From an uncultured bacterium (GTDB lineage: Bacteria; Hydrothermota; Tepidihabitantia; SM23-42; JAOAFX01), in assembly GCA_964418185.1 (NCBI GenBank), contig CAYQKL010000001.1:64409-128408 (forward strand): DNA of 64,000 bases, given 5' to 3'. Positions 11,266 through 21,147 of the stretch are shown piece after piece (position 1 is the first letter of the stretch; each line of letters begins with the position of its first letter). The notes beneath the pieces were generated by a model that did not search any database, was not told where the DNA came from, and saw only the letters and a list, made by a program, of their open reading frames with translations. The position numbers and the translations under genes are program-made.

Positions 11266-12037
11266 ATCGCACCTCCTTTAATGCCTTTTCCATTATGTTG
11301 ACCGGTGGTTTAATTCCTGTCCACAAGCTGAACGAATAGGCCGCCTGGATGACAAGCATACAAAAACCATTGACTACCTTAATGCCTTTGTATCTTTTCA
11401 AGCTGAAGCAGTAATTTGTATCATAGTATATGCTACCAGGTCTCAATTTGGGCACAATTGTATTATAAAGGTCTGTTGAGGTAGCATTTACCACCATATC
11501 AACCTCAGCAACAAAATCATAGATAAGATCAAATTCTATTGCCTTTGCTTTGCAAATTTCAACAACTTTAAGAGTATTCTCAAATGTGCGATTTGCCACC
11601 AGAATTTCTGCTGGTCTTTCTCTTTTTAAGACATACGCGCAGGCGCGTGCCACACCACCAGCACCAATAAGAAGAACTCTTTTATTTCTTAACCTAATCT
11701 TATTTTCTCTCAGCGATTCATAGTATCCATACACATCTGTATTTTCGCCAAGCAGACAATTATTATCTACAACAACTGTATTTATTGCACCAACCTCTCT
11801 GGCAATCAAACTTGTCCTATCAACATAATCAAGGCTACTTATCTTATACGGATTAGTTATATTGAGACCTGCAAAATCCAATTTTCTCAGACTATCAAAA
11901 AATATCCCCAAATCCGCAGGTGCAACACATAATGGATAATACCTACCTTCTATATGTAATTTTTTGAATGCATAATTGTGCAGAATTGGAGAGTAGGTTA
12001 GTCTTAGAGGATAGCCAATCACACCGGCAATGAACAT
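11258..12037 (-). CDS. aroE: shikimate dehydrogenase
   Basis: Conserved N-terminus MFIAGVIGYPLRLTYSPILHN. The probable start is the internal ATG at 12037, preceded by AGGAGG; the ORF extends to 12112. Confidence 0.75.
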   Translation of the reverse strand: MFIAGVIGYPLRLTYSPILHNYAFKKLHIEGRYYPLCVAPADLGIFFDSLRKLDFAGLNITNPYKISSLDYVDRTSLIAREVGAINTVVVDNNCLLGENTDVYGYYESLRENKIRLRNKRVLLIGAGGVARACAYVLKRERPAEILVANRTFENTLKVVEICKAKAIEFDLIYDFVAEVDMVVNATSTDLYNTIVPKLRPGSIYYDTNYCFSLKRYKGIKVVNGFCMLVIQAAYSFSLWTGIKPPVNIMEKALKEVRCD

Positions 12038-12636
12038 TTTCGCACCTCCTGAATAAATCTTTCTATCTTCTCTGAATCTTTTTTCCCCGGTTCTTTTTCT
12101 ACCCCTGTACACACATCGACACCATAAGGTCTCAACAGGTCAATAACCTGTCTGACATTGAAACAATTCAAACCGCCGGCAACAATAATCCTGCCTTTTA
12201 TGCCGGCTATAATTTTCCAGTCAAAAGTAATACCGCTCCCTTCACCCGGGTCAAAAACAAAGGCAGATACATCGTATTTCTCCATTTGTCCAACTATCTC
12301 TTCTCTGTTTGAATTATTGCAAATCCTGATTCTTTTTATTACGCGCGCCGACTTTATTGCCCGACAGTAATCCTCATCTTCAAACCCATGAAGCTGGACT
12401 GCATCAATGCCTGTGAATTGAATGATTTGATTTACGACTTCAAGTGGGCTATCTTTAAAAACTCCAACTGTGGTGATAAAAGGTGGCAATACTTTGATAA
12501 TCTTCCTTGCGGTAGTTGGTTCAATCATTCTTGAGGATTGTGCAAAGACAAAGCCCAGGGCATCAGCTCCCAATTCTGAAGAAACGAGGGCATCCTTGAA
12601 ATTCGTAATTCCGCAGATTTTGATCTTGCTACTCAT
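12019..12636 (-). CDS. trpF: phosphoribosylanthranilate isomerase
   Basis: 205 aa; KICGIT N-terminal motif of TrpF. Confidence 0.8.
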   Translation of the reverse strand: MSSKIKICGITNFKDALVSSELGADALGFVFAQSSRMIEPTTARKIIKVLPPFITTVGVFKDSPLEVVNQIIQFTGIDAVQLHGFEDEDYCRAIKSARVIKRIRICNNSNREEIVGQMEKYDVSAFVFDPGEGSGITFDWKIIAGIKGRIIVAGGLNCFNVRQVIDLLRPYGVDVCTGVEKEPGKKDSEKIERFIQEVRKCSLPV

Positions 12637-13714
12637 TTAGCCATCTGCTCCCATCTTCAAAGACCTTCCTGAACATAGCGCTGTTACCTTTTTGAATAGT
12701 CTTAGTGATTTCGTTTAGGGTCTTCTGCAACTGATTGAAGATTACTTTCTGGTATGGATTCAGTCTTTGAATCTCATAGTACAGCGCTGGATTTTCGTGA
12801 ACTACACTACGGGTCGTAACCAATTGAGAATTGAATGTTGTGCTCGCCACGCACTTCAGACTACAAAATTCATAACCACTTGTCAGAAGTATTTTGATAA
12901 AGAGTATGTTTATGAAATGAGATAACCCAAGCACATAAGAGATTAAGCGATCGTGCTCAACATACGGCAGAGGAATGATCTTTGCTGCAGTACCTCTAAA
13001 AAAATTCATCGCCTTATCATCTGCCTGTGCACAACCGCAATTACACAGACAAATCACTTTGTCAGCAAGAGTTTTGCAGGCGGGGCCAAACATTGGGTGG
13101 ATACTGGTAATCTTAATGTTGTTTTCAATTGCGTCCTTAATCGCTGGTATGATATGACTCTTTACACTACCAATATCGCAAACAACTCCAGGAAATCTTA
13201 GTACTGAGATCTTTCTTAGAATTTCCGGTACAACCCCTAATGGAGTAGCAATCAGCACAAAACTCTTCTTAAACAATGCCTTTTTCAAATCTCTGTAGTA
13301 TGGAAATCCATCAATACCCGATTTCTGCACATCACATATTGATACCCGATGCCCTTGATTTTGGAAAAAATATGCAAACCATTTGCCCATTGCACCGAGT
13401 CCACCGATGATCAGGATATCTTCACGCGTCCCAGAATATGCCGTATAATGCAACTTCTCCTGTTGAACTCGTGATTGTTCAATGATATTAGAAAAGATTG
13501 ATCTTATGAAATTTTCATCCAGGTTCATCTGCACAGCACACCTCAATGCATTATCAATCACACCCTTTTCAACATTCCAATCCTGTAATGGAATTCTCAA
13601 TCTTTTTTTCTCCCTGCCAATCTCTTTGACCACACTCAGTCGTTGATTGATCAACCTAATAATCTTTCGGTCAAAATTCTTGACCCTTTTTCTTAAGATT
13701 TTGAGTCTGTTCAT
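12629..13714 (-). CDS. tyrA: bifunctional chorismate mutase (AroQ class) / prephenate dehydrogenase
   Basis: N-terminal ~85 aa is a helical CM domain (RKKIDRIDxxLLxLLxERxxLVxEIG-like). It is followed by a Rossmann GxGxxG (IIGGLGAMGKW) prephenate dehydrogenase domain. Confidence 0.75.
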   Translation of the reverse strand: MNRLKILRKRVKNFDRKIIRLINQRLSVVKEIGREKKRLRIPLQDWNVEKGVIDNALRCAVQMNLDENFIRSIFSNIIEQSRVQQEKLHYTAYSGTREDILIIGGLGAMGKWFAYFFQNQGHRVSICDVQKSGIDGFPYYRDLKKALFKKSFVLIATPLGVVPEILRKISVLRFPGVVCDIGSVKSHIIPAIKDAIENNIKITSIHPMFGPACKTLADKVICLCNCGCAQADDKAMNFFRGTAAKIIPLPYVEHDRLISYVLGLSHFINILFIKILLTSGYEFCSLKCVASTTFNSQLVTTRSVVHENPALYYEIQRLNPYQKVIFNQLQKTLNEITKTIQKGNSAMFRKVFEDGSRWLNE

Positions 13715-13717
13715 TTT

Positions 13718-14491
13718 TTACCTCTCCCCTATCAATGTTGATAATTTCTTTTCAATATTTCTTGCCCTGAGTAAAGAGGTTCCGATGAGGATTCCATCAA
13801 AACCTGCATTCTCTAACATTTTAACATCCCTGCGATCCTTTATACCACTCTCACTCACAGTCAGAAAGTGGTCAGGAATTATTTTGCGCAATTTCAAAGA
13901 TAGATTTATGTCTACTTGAAAATTACCAAGATTGCGATTATTGATTCCGATAATATCCGTTTCGGTGGTTATCGCCTTTTTTATGTCCTGTTGAGTATGG
14001 ACTTCAACCAATGTCTTCAAGCCAAGCGAATGGGCGATATTTATGAAATTCTTCAGTTTATCCAATCCGAGTATCCGGGCAATCAACAATACCGCATCGG
14101 CACCAAGGAAATAAGATTCAAAAATTTGAAATTCCTCAATGATGAAGTCCTTTCTCAATATTGGCAGACTGCTCATTTTCTTCACCTGTTCAATATGGTC
14201 ACCCTTTCCACCAAAAAATCTTTCGTCGGTGAGCACCGAAATGGCATCAGCACCTCCCGATTCATAGATCAATGCGATCTTTGAAGGTTCAAAACATTTT
14301 CTAATTACACCTCTGGAAGGCGACATTCTCTTTATCTCCGCGATCAACGCTATTCCATGCTTGTTGAACCCATCAGTGAAATCCCTTAATTCAGAATGTC
14401 TGCCCTTTAACAACTCCCGAATTGAAGTGATCTTTTTCTTCCGGGAAATTTCCACTCTCTTATATCTGATTATGTTTCTGAGCACATTCAT
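13718..14491 (-). CDS. trpC: indole-3-glycerol phosphate synthase
   Basis: 257 aa; IAEIKRMSPSRG motif. Confidence 0.85.
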   Translation of the reverse strand: MNVLRNIIRYKRVEISRKKKITSIRELLKGRHSELRDFTDGFNKHGIALIAEIKRMSPSRGVIRKCFEPSKIALIYESGGADAISVLTDERFFGGKGDHIEQVKKMSSLPILRKDFIIEEFQIFESYFLGADAVLLIARILGLDKLKNFINIAHSLGLKTLVEVHTQQDIKKAITTETDIIGINNRNLGNFQVDINLSLKLRKIIPDHFLTVSESGIKDRRDVKMLENAGFDGILIGTSLLRARNIEKKLSTLIGER

Positions 14492-15500
14492 TTGTATATC
14501 TCAACAGTTCTTCTACTTTTTTTAATGCCAAGCCTGTAAAAACTGATTTCTTTGCAAGTTCAATACCTTCTTTAATTGATCCTGCTTTACCCGCGACATA
14601 TATCACCGCACCAGCATTGAATATCGCCATATCAGTTTTGGGACCGGAAGCTCCATTCAGAATTGCCATAAAGGCATCCAGATTATCCTGACTGTTCTTA
14701 ACCTTTAACTCTTCTATGCTACAAGTCTTGAAACCAAACTCTTCAGGTATGAGTTCATAGCAACTTATATTGCCGTCCTTTACTTCTTTTACATAGGTCT
14801 TTGTTGTAACAGTTATCTCATCAAGACCATCAGCCCCGTAGAAAACAAGAGAGTGTTGTACTCCGAAATTTCTTAATGTCTCAGCGATTTTGTTCACAAA
14901 TTCTTTTTGACATACTCCAATCACCTGCCTTTGCACACCAGCCGGATTACAAAGTGGACCTATCAAATTGAAGATTGTTCTTATACCCATTTCCTTTCTC
15001 GGTCCGCTGGCAAATTTCATTGCGGGATGAAAGAGTGGTGCAAATAGAAAACCAATACCTATGTCTTCAATACAATTTTTCAGAGCATCGGCGTTTAAGT
15101 CGATTCTTATCTTCAATGCTGAAACAAGGTCGGCACTTCCACACAAACTTGAAACCGAACGATTACCATGTTTTGCGACTGAACAACCTGCCCCTGCAGC
15201 AATAAATGCCGCAGCCGTTGAGACATTAAAGGTGTGTGCACCGTCCCCGCCCGTGCCGCAGGTGTCCACAAGGTTTTTTGAAGCACAATCTATACGGATC
15301 ATTTTTTCGCGCATTGCCCGAGCAAAACCGGTAATCTCATCTACATCTTCACCTTTCATCCTCAAACCGGTAAGTAAGGCACCAATCTGGGCAGGTGTTA
15401 CATTACCTTCCATAATTTCAAGGCATACTTCATATGCCTGTCTCTGCGTAAGGGATTGATTTTCTGTCAGCAGTTTTATAGCTTCAACAATATTTATCAT
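14460..15500 (-). CDS. trpD: anthranilate phosphoribosyltransferase
   Basis: 346 aa; CGTGGDG motif. Confidence 0.85.
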   Translation of the reverse strand: MINIVEAIKLLTENQSLTQRQAYEVCLEIMEGNVTPAQIGALLTGLRMKGEDVDEITGFARAMREKMIRIDCASKNLVDTCGTGGDGAHTFNVSTAAAFIAAGAGCSVAKHGNRSVSSLCGSADLVSALKIRIDLNADALKNCIEDIGIGFLFAPLFHPAMKFASGPRKEMGIRTIFNLIGPLCNPAGVQRQVIGVCQKEFVNKIAETLRNFGVQHSLVFYGADGLDEITVTTKTYVKEVKDGNISCYELIPEEFGFKTCSIEELKVKNSQDNLDAFMAILNGASGPKTDMAIFNAGAVIYVAGKAGSIKEGIELAKKSVFTGLALKKVEELLRYTNECAQKHNQI

Positions 15501-15507
15501 AGATACC

Positions 15508-16536
15508 TCAATTCGTACTACTCTTTCCTATACCTTCAAGGCAGAAAAGAGATTTAGAAATGTTAAAACAAGAATAGTTTCCGGTGTGGCAGGCAAAACC
15601 ATTTTGCTTTACAATCGCAAGCACTGCATCACGGTCACAATCTGCCCTTACCTTGATCAATTCCTGAGTATTGCCAGAGGTTCTACCCTTGAACCATAAC
15701 TCCTGGCGGCTTCTTGAAAAATACCACATCTTGTTGGTCTCAAAGATCTTTCTGAGTGATTCTTTGTTAGAGTAGGCAAGCATCAAGACACAACCTGATA
15801 TATCCTGAACAATCGTAGGAATAAGTTCACCCTTCCAGTTGAGTGTCTCAATGAAAGCCTCAGGTAGCGAAATTTTTCCTGTATACAACGCCATCCCCAG
15901 CTGGACATCAACATCCAGCCGGGCAAGGGTCCTTATCTCATCCATACTTGCTACGCCACCCGCAATGGTTATCTTCTTGTCTGTACATACCTTTATCTTC
16001 TCAACCATCTTCATATCAATTCCCTGCATTGTTCCTTCCCTTTCTACAATGGTAAAGAGAAATTCATCTGTATAAGGCTCAAATACCTTTATCCAATCAA
16101 ACAGATTAAGCCCAATATTCTGTTGCCAGCCTTTGATAACAATCGAACCATTAATAGAATCAAGGGCAATGATAATTTTGTCCGGTCCTATTTCATTCTT
16201 AAGGGATAATAAGAATTGGTGATTGGGTTGATTCTTATCAAATGCCCTTGAACCAATAATGATTTTGTGGGCACCCGCATTGATCAACTCTTTTGCCCTT
16301 TCAATTGTGCGAATTCCGCCACCCACACGACAATCGGCAATTTTTAATAACTGCTTGATAGTATTCAGGTTTTCTCCTCTACCCATTGCCGCATCAAGGT
16401 CAATCACTGCGATTTCATTATATCGGTCAAATTCTTTTGCCAGTTTCAGGGCATCATCATATTCTAAAACCTTTTCTCGACCCTGCCTTAACTGGACAAC
16501 TTTACCACTCATCAAATCAATTGAACTGATTACCAT
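15508..16536 (-). CDS. hisA: bifunctional ProFAR isomerase (HisA) / phosphoribosyl-AMP cyclohydrolase (HisI) fusion
   Basis: Residues 1-240 are a HisA TIM barrel ([23 protein letters not shown]). The C-terminal ~100 aa is HisI ([19 protein letters not shown]...DCDRD...CHTG). Confidence 0.8.
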   Translation of the reverse strand: MVISSIDLMSGKVVQLRQGREKVLEYDDALKLAKEFDRYNEIAVIDLDAAMGRGENLNTIKQLLKIADCRVGGGIRTIERAKELINAGAHKIIIGSRAFDKNQPNHQFLLSLKNEIGPDKIIIALDSINGSIVIKGWQQNIGLNLFDWIKVFEPYTDEFLFTIVEREGTMQGIDMKMVEKIKVCTDKKITIAGGVASMDEIRTLARLDVDVQLGMALYTGKISLPEAFIETLNWKGELIPTIVQDISGCVLMLAYSNKESLRKIFETNKMWYFSRSRQELWFKGRTSGNTQELIKVRADCDRDAVLAIVKQNGFACHTGNYSCFNISKSLFCLEGIGKSSTN

Positions 16537-17285
16537 CTTACACCAACCCCCTTTTTATGAAGAAATTCTTTAATCTCTTTAATCGTAAACTGTTCAAAAT
16601 GCAACACTGATGCCAGAAGTACAGCATCCGCACAACCAGATTTGATCACTTCATATATCTGTTGAAGATTTCCTGCCCCACCTGAAGCAATCACTGGTAT
16701 GCCTGCTCTTGTTGCGATCGCCCTTGTCAAATTAATATCATAACCCTTCTGGGTGCCATCCTGATCTATTGAATTCAAAAGAATTTCTCCAGCCCCAAAC
16801 CTCTCACATTTTCTTGCCCATCTGATCACATCAATTCCCGTATCAAACCTTCCGCCATGTGTATAGGCATGCCATTTATCTCCTGCTTTTTTGGCATCAA
16901 TTGATACTACAATGCATTGGGAACCAAACAATTCTGAACCCTGTTTTATCAACTCAGGAGTCTGAATTGCTGCAGTACATATTGCCACCTTATCGGCGCC
17001 TGCATTGAGAAGACCGCGCATGTCATCTGTGGTCTTTATACCACCGCCAACACACAATGGAATAAATACCTTTTTTGCAACGGCTTCAACTACCTTTATC
17101 ATTGTCTTTCGGTTTTGAACAGATGCCGTAACATCAAGAAATATGAGTTCATCTGCGCCCTGTTCATTGTAGTATTGAGCAAGTACTACAGGATCACCCG
17201 CAATCCTCAAATTCTTAAACTTCACACCTTTCACAACCTTACCATTATCAACATCAAGACAGGGAATGATCCTTGTGGTTAACAT
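16530..17285 (-). CDS. hisF: imidazole glycerol phosphate synthase cyclase subunit
   Basis: 251 aa; HisF-type barrel ([19 protein letters not shown]). Confidence 0.85.
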   Translation of the reverse strand: MLTTRIIPCLDVDNGKVVKGVKFKNLRIAGDPVVLAQYYNEQGADELIFLDVTASVQNRKTMIKVVEAVAKKVFIPLCVGGGIKTTDDMRGLLNAGADKVAICTAAIQTPELIKQGSELFGSQCIVVSIDAKKAGDKWHAYTHGGRFDTGIDVIRWARKCERFGAGEILLNSIDQDGTQKGYDINLTRAIATRAGIPVIASGGAGNLQQIYEVIKSGCADAVLLASVLHFEQFTIKEIKEFLHKKGVGVRW

Positions 17286-17878
17286 TTTTCCACCCAGTTC
17301 TTTAATAATTGTATTCCTGCCCTGCCACTCTTTTCCGGATGGAACTGAACTGCATAAATATTACCCCGGTTAATGACTGATGCATACCTCACCCCATATT
17401 CAGTCACACCAATCACTGCGTCTTTCTCTTTTGTAGTAAGATAATAACTATGTAGAAAATAGAAAAATGGATTATCTTTTGTAGAATCAAATATCAAGGA
17501 ATTTCTCACTATCTCTACCCTGTTCCAGCCAATCTGAGGAATCTTGTATCTGCGGAATCTTCTGATACAACCCTTGAATATACCAAAGCCTCTTATTCCT
17601 TTTGCTTCTTCGCTTGATTCAAACAGCAACTGGAGTCCGAGACATATACCCAAAAACGGTCGATCTACTCTTAACCATTCAATCACCGGTTCAAAGAGTT
17701 TCGAGATCTTGAGTTTCTTAACTGCCGAACCAAACGCGCCCACACCAGGCAAAATAATTCTTTCAACACGACGCAGCCTTCTCGGATCATTTATTAATAA
17801 ATGCCTTACACCCAAGTATTCAAGTGCATTCATCACTGATTTGAGATTACCCGCACCATAGTCAACAATGCCAATCAT
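17279..17878 (-). CDS. hisH: imidazole glycerol phosphate synthase glutamine amidotransferase subunit
   Basis: 199 aa; GICLGLQ catalytic Cys and HPEKS motif. Confidence 0.85.
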   Translation of the reverse strand: MIGIVDYGAGNLKSVMNALEYLGVRHLLINDPRRLRRVERIILPGVGAFGSAVKKLKISKLFEPVIEWLRVDRPFLGICLGLQLLFESSEEAKGIRGFGIFKGCIRRFRRYKIPQIGWNRVEIVRNSLIFDSTKDNPFFYFLHSYYLTTKEKDAVIGVTEYGVRYASVINRGNIYAVQFHPEKSGRAGIQLLKNWVEKC

Positions 17879-18459
17879 AGAACTCCTTTTGTGCTCGGAA
17901 TCCTTTTTATTTTCTTATCAATCGCACTGGCCTGTTTCAATGCCCGGGCAAATGCCTTGAATATTGCCTCAACCTTGTGGTGGTCAGATCTTCCAGAAAG
18001 TAATTGAATATGCAGTGTGCACAGACATCCATTGACAAATCCCGCAAAAAAATCCTGCAGCACATCTGTCTTTAATTCACCTATCTTTTCACCCTTGAAA
18101 CTACCATAAAATTTCAAGAATGGTCTATTAGAAATATCTATTGCAACCATTGCAAGCGCCTCATCCATTGGCTGAATAAAAAATCCTGCGCGGTTGATAC
18201 CCTTTTTGTCACCCAGTGCCTTATTAAATGCCAGACCAAGGCAATAGCCCGTATCTTCAACAATATGATGCTGATCAACCTTAATATCACCTTTTATCCT
18301 GGCTTCAAGATTGAATCCTCCATGACGGCTCAGGGTTTCAAGCATATGGTTGAAGAATCCAATTGGTGAATTAATCTTATAATCACCCGTTCCATCAACA
18401 TTTAATTTTATCAAAATTTCGGTCTCTTTTGTCTTACGCTCAATCCTAAACTTACGCAT
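17875..18459 (-). CDS. hisB: imidazoleglycerol-phosphate dehydratase
   Basis: 194 aa; RKTKETEI N-terminus and IGPD-family His-rich motifs. Confidence 0.85.
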   Translation of the reverse strand: MRKFRIERKTKETEILIKLNVDGTGDYKINSPIGFFNHMLETLSRHGGFNLEARIKGDIKVDQHHIVEDTGYCLGLAFNKALGDKKGINRAGFFIQPMDEALAMVAIDISNRPFLKFYGSFKGEKIGELKTDVLQDFFAGFVNGCLCTLHIQLLSGRSDHHKVEAIFKAFARALKQASAIDKKIKRIPSTKGVL

Positions 18460-19520
18460 TATTTGCCTCCTAATTCTTGAATACTACTTATCAAATTCCT
18501 GATAAATATGTTATTCTCCTCTTTTTTCCCAATTGTAACTCTAAGCATATTCTCTAAGTAAGGATGGTTAAATCGGCGTACAAGAATTCCTTTTTTGTAA
18601 AGATAGTGGAAAAGGTCGAGTCCGGAGATCCTTTTCAAACCGAATAAAATGAAATTTGCCCGAGACGGAATCGGCGCAATCTCTGGTGTGTTATTTAATA
18701 TTTTGAATATCCTTTCTCGCTCATCAATGATCTTCGCTGCTGTATCCTGAACAAATCTCTTTTTCCCCAGCATGAAATTTCCTGCAACCTGCTGGAATAT
18801 CCCCACTGAAAATGGCGGCTTTGCCTTTGCAATATGTTTTATCACAACAGCATTACCCAGGGCATAACCGAGCCTTATACCAGCGAGTCCAAATGCCTTG
18901 GAGAATGTACGCAATATCAAGAGATTTCTATATTTGTCAAGTAACCTCTGGGCAGTCAATTTATGGAATTCATAGTATGCTTCATCAATGACCACCAGTC
19001 CTCGGGCTCTTTTCACAATCTCTTCAATCATATAGATTTCCATTGCCGTTCCTGTAGGATTATTGGGTGAAGCAAAAAACATTATCTTTGTGCTAAGTGC
19101 CTTTCTGATAATTGCATCAACGTCAAAAGAAAAATCCTTTTTCAGTGGAATTTCAAAAATATTAAAATTAAGAATCTGTGCAAAGTATTTGTAGATTGCA
19201 AAACCCGGTGTCACAAATGCAATATTATCTCCTTTATCACAGGTAGCGAGCATAATCGCAAGTATCAATTCATTTGAACCATTGCTAACCATAATTCCTT
19301 GTTCAGGGTGCTGAGTATAAATTGATAGTCTTTCTTTTAGTTTGATAAGATCATCGAGTGGGTAACGATTCCAGGGTATCTTTTTTATTCTCTCAAGAAT
19401 TTCTCTTTTGTGTTCCGCAGGAATATCATAAGGGGATTCATTCTGGTTCAATTTTATTCTTGCCTTCTGAGGTACTTCATAAGCAGGTAGATTGATTATT
19501 GATCTCTTTAGGTTTTTCAT
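18459..19520 (-). CDS. hisC: histidinol-phosphate aminotransferase (class II aminotransferase)
   Basis: 353 aa; LNQNESPY and TFSKAFGLAGIRLGY (PLP lysine) motifs. Confidence 0.8.
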   Translation of the reverse strand: MKNLKRSIINLPAYEVPQKARIKLNQNESPYDIPAEHKREILERIKKIPWNRYPLDDLIKLKERLSIYTQHPEQGIMVSNGSNELILAIMLATCDKGDNIAFVTPGFAIYKYFAQILNFNIFEIPLKKDFSFDVDAIIRKALSTKIMFFASPNNPTGTAMEIYMIEEIVKRARGLVVIDEAYYEFHKLTAQRLLDKYRNLLILRTFSKAFGLAGIRLGYALGNAVVIKHIAKAKPPFSVGIFQQVAGNFMLGKKRFVQDTAAKIIDERERIFKILNNTPEIAPIPSRANFILFGLKRISGLDLFHYLYKKGILVRRFNHPYLENMLRVTIGKKEENNIFIRNLISSIQELGGK

Positions 19521-20371
19521 ACCACAACCTTTTTGAATTCATATTCAAGGATGTCAGTTGCACCAAGTCTCTTTAACTGGGGAATGAGTTTTATCACCTC
19601 GCTCTTCTTCACCGCCACCTTCACGGCAAATCCTCTTGCGCCATATAAAGGAGCCACAGTTGGCGAACGCATACAGGGCAAGATTTTAACAATTCTATCA
19701 AATTTCTCCTTAGGCACATTCATCTCAAGCATTACCCTTTCCCGGGCATCAAGCACTGCCTGAAAGAGCATCTTCAGCTCCTCAATTTTATTTCGCTTCC
19801 ATTCGTCTTTCAGTGTGTTATTACTTGCAATAAACCTTGTGGTTGATTCCATGATAACTTTCAGAATTCTCAATTTATGCTCTTTCAAAGTCGTGCCGGT
19901 TGCGGTGTTATCAACAATCATATCTGCATCCTCAGGTGGATAAACCTCGGTCGCTCCATAGGTACGCAAAAATCTGTATCTATATCTTTCTCTTTTCAGA
20001 TAATCTCTGGTCAACCTCTCATATTCTGAAGCAACTACAATCTCTTTTTTGCGCAGATCTCTTTCCTTAATATTTTCTGGTATCGCCGAGACAATCTTTA
20101 CCGGATCCAATTTAAGATCCAGTATCTCTACAACATTAACATCAGATTCTATTACCCAATCTTTACCAGTAAATCCCGCATCATGTGAACCAATCTCCAC
20201 TAATTCAGGAATGTTCTGCGGTCTTAAGATCTTTATCTCAAGTTCAGGGTCACTTACAAATGGCCTGTATACTCGGTCATTTGCTCCAATGTCAATCCCG
20301 GCATCAATCAATAGTCTTGCGACCTTTTCATAAATACTGCCTTTGGGAATTGCTATTCTCAACCTCTTCAA
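19517..20371 (-). CDS. hisG: ATP phosphoribosyltransferase, long form with C-terminal regulatory domain
   Basis: 284 aa; LRIAIPKGS start and a C-terminal regulatory domain; RBS AAGGAGG upstream; first gene of the supraoperon. Confidence 0.85.
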   Translation of the reverse strand: MKRLRIAIPKGSIYEKVARLLIDAGIDIGANDRVYRPFVSDPELEIKILRPQNIPELVEIGSHDAGFTGKDWVIESDVNVVEILDLKLDPVKIVSAIPENIKERDLRKKEIVVASEYERLTRDYLKRERYRYRFLRTYGATEVYPPEDADMIVDNTATGTTLKEHKLRILKVIMESTTRFIASNNTLKDEWKRNKIEELKMLFQAVLDARERVMLEMNVPKEKFDRIVKILPCMRSPTVAPLYGARGFAVKVAVKKSEVIKLIPQLKRLGATDILEYEFKKVVV

Positions 20372-20500
20372 TTAAACCTCCTTTCCGCCAGATAGACTGA
20401 CGAATATAATCGTTTGGTCTTGAAGCCTTAACTAAATCCCGAAAAGGCTCTCTTCTTTTTTTTGCTAAAAATTAGGTTTTATGTGAGGTGATAGAATGGC

Positions 20501-20554
20501 GGCACTTCCGGGACCAAAAAGGATGTATTGACCCTTATTGGGCCCGGAAGTGCC
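20501..20554 (-). promoter_or_regulatory. 12-bp perfect GC-rich hairpin in the hisG 5' leader (GGCACTTCCGGG / CCCGGAAGTGCC, loop ~30 nt)
   Basis: Direct inspection of the inverted repeat. No U-tract follows on the transcribed strand, so it is not a classical terminator. Confidence 0.4.
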
Positions 20555-20678
20555 AATACCAGTAATGATTAAAGTGAAATCTTGTGTGGTTGTGGTTAAG
20601 TGCAAATAGATCCGATATTGTCCTCATCGGACAATCGGTCTTAAAATCTTTACCCAGATAAATCTTAACCACGATACG

Positions 20679-20706
20679 AGTATATCCAAAAAAAGAAGCT
20701 TGTCAA
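20679..20706 (-). promoter_or_regulatory. sigma70-like promoter for the his-trp-aro supraoperon (minus strand -35 TTGACA, 16-nt spacer, -10 TATACT)
   Basis: Plus-strand tgtcaa at 20701-20706 and agtata at 20679-20684, read on the minus strand. Predicted TSS ~20672, giving a ~300-nt leader before hisG. Confidence 0.45.
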
Positions 20707-21112
20707 GAGGAAAATGCAAACCTTCAAACACATCGTTACCAGTGCAAAAAAACTCTTAAGCAGCAAATTTGAATAACGACCTTTCTGCGCATATTAAAAA
20801 AGACCTCAAAAACCAACTTTGGGAAGAATAACTTCTATCAATACTGGCATCCCTGATTCCCTTCCCCTTACCCCATATTCTTACATTTCTAAAATTGACA
20901 TATTGATAATTATAAATATCTAAATATGTGCAATTATGCATACCTCAATATATTGTGGGTATCTCTTTCTTTGTGATTGTCTGGTGCTTACAATAACAAA
21001 TTGATCGCGTGCCGTCAAAAAGATTGGCATTGGACACAACTCTTCTCAGAAATTATCAAAATGATAATAGACAGTGATTGATCTATAGTCCTGGATACTT
21101 TTCAGTAGTATG

Positions 21113-21140
21113 TTGACTAAATACCTTATGTCATTATAAT
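21113..21140 (+). promoter_or_regulatory. sigma70 consensus promoter TTGACT-N16-TATAAT, 7 nt upstream of the tamB ATG (leaderless)
   Basis: Exact hexamers at 21113-21118 and 21135-21140; ATG at 21148. Confidence 0.5.
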
Positions 21141-21147
21141 ATCGCAT

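Noticed and set aside
141-20371. Dozens of 60-140-aa ORFs antisense to or embedded in the large biosynthetic genes (e.g. 954-1382, 5942-6226, 15061-15459, 31330-31755, 57272-57643)
   Set aside because: They overlap well-supported conserved genes on the opposite strand or in alternative frames, lack start-site signals, and translate to low-complexity sequence. They are typical shadow ORFs.
20372-20700. T-box riboswitch or His-codon attenuator peptide in the his leader
   Set aside because: No T-box consensus (AAUUAGGGUGGNACCGCG-like) and no run of His codons in any frame of the leader. The structure is real, but it is not one of the classical his mechanisms.
20756-20941. 61-aa minus-strand ORF in the hisG-tamB intergenic region
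   Set aside because: It lies upstream of the predicted his promoter and has no RBS. The composition is unlike neighbouring genes. It is more likely non-coding promoter or leader DNA.
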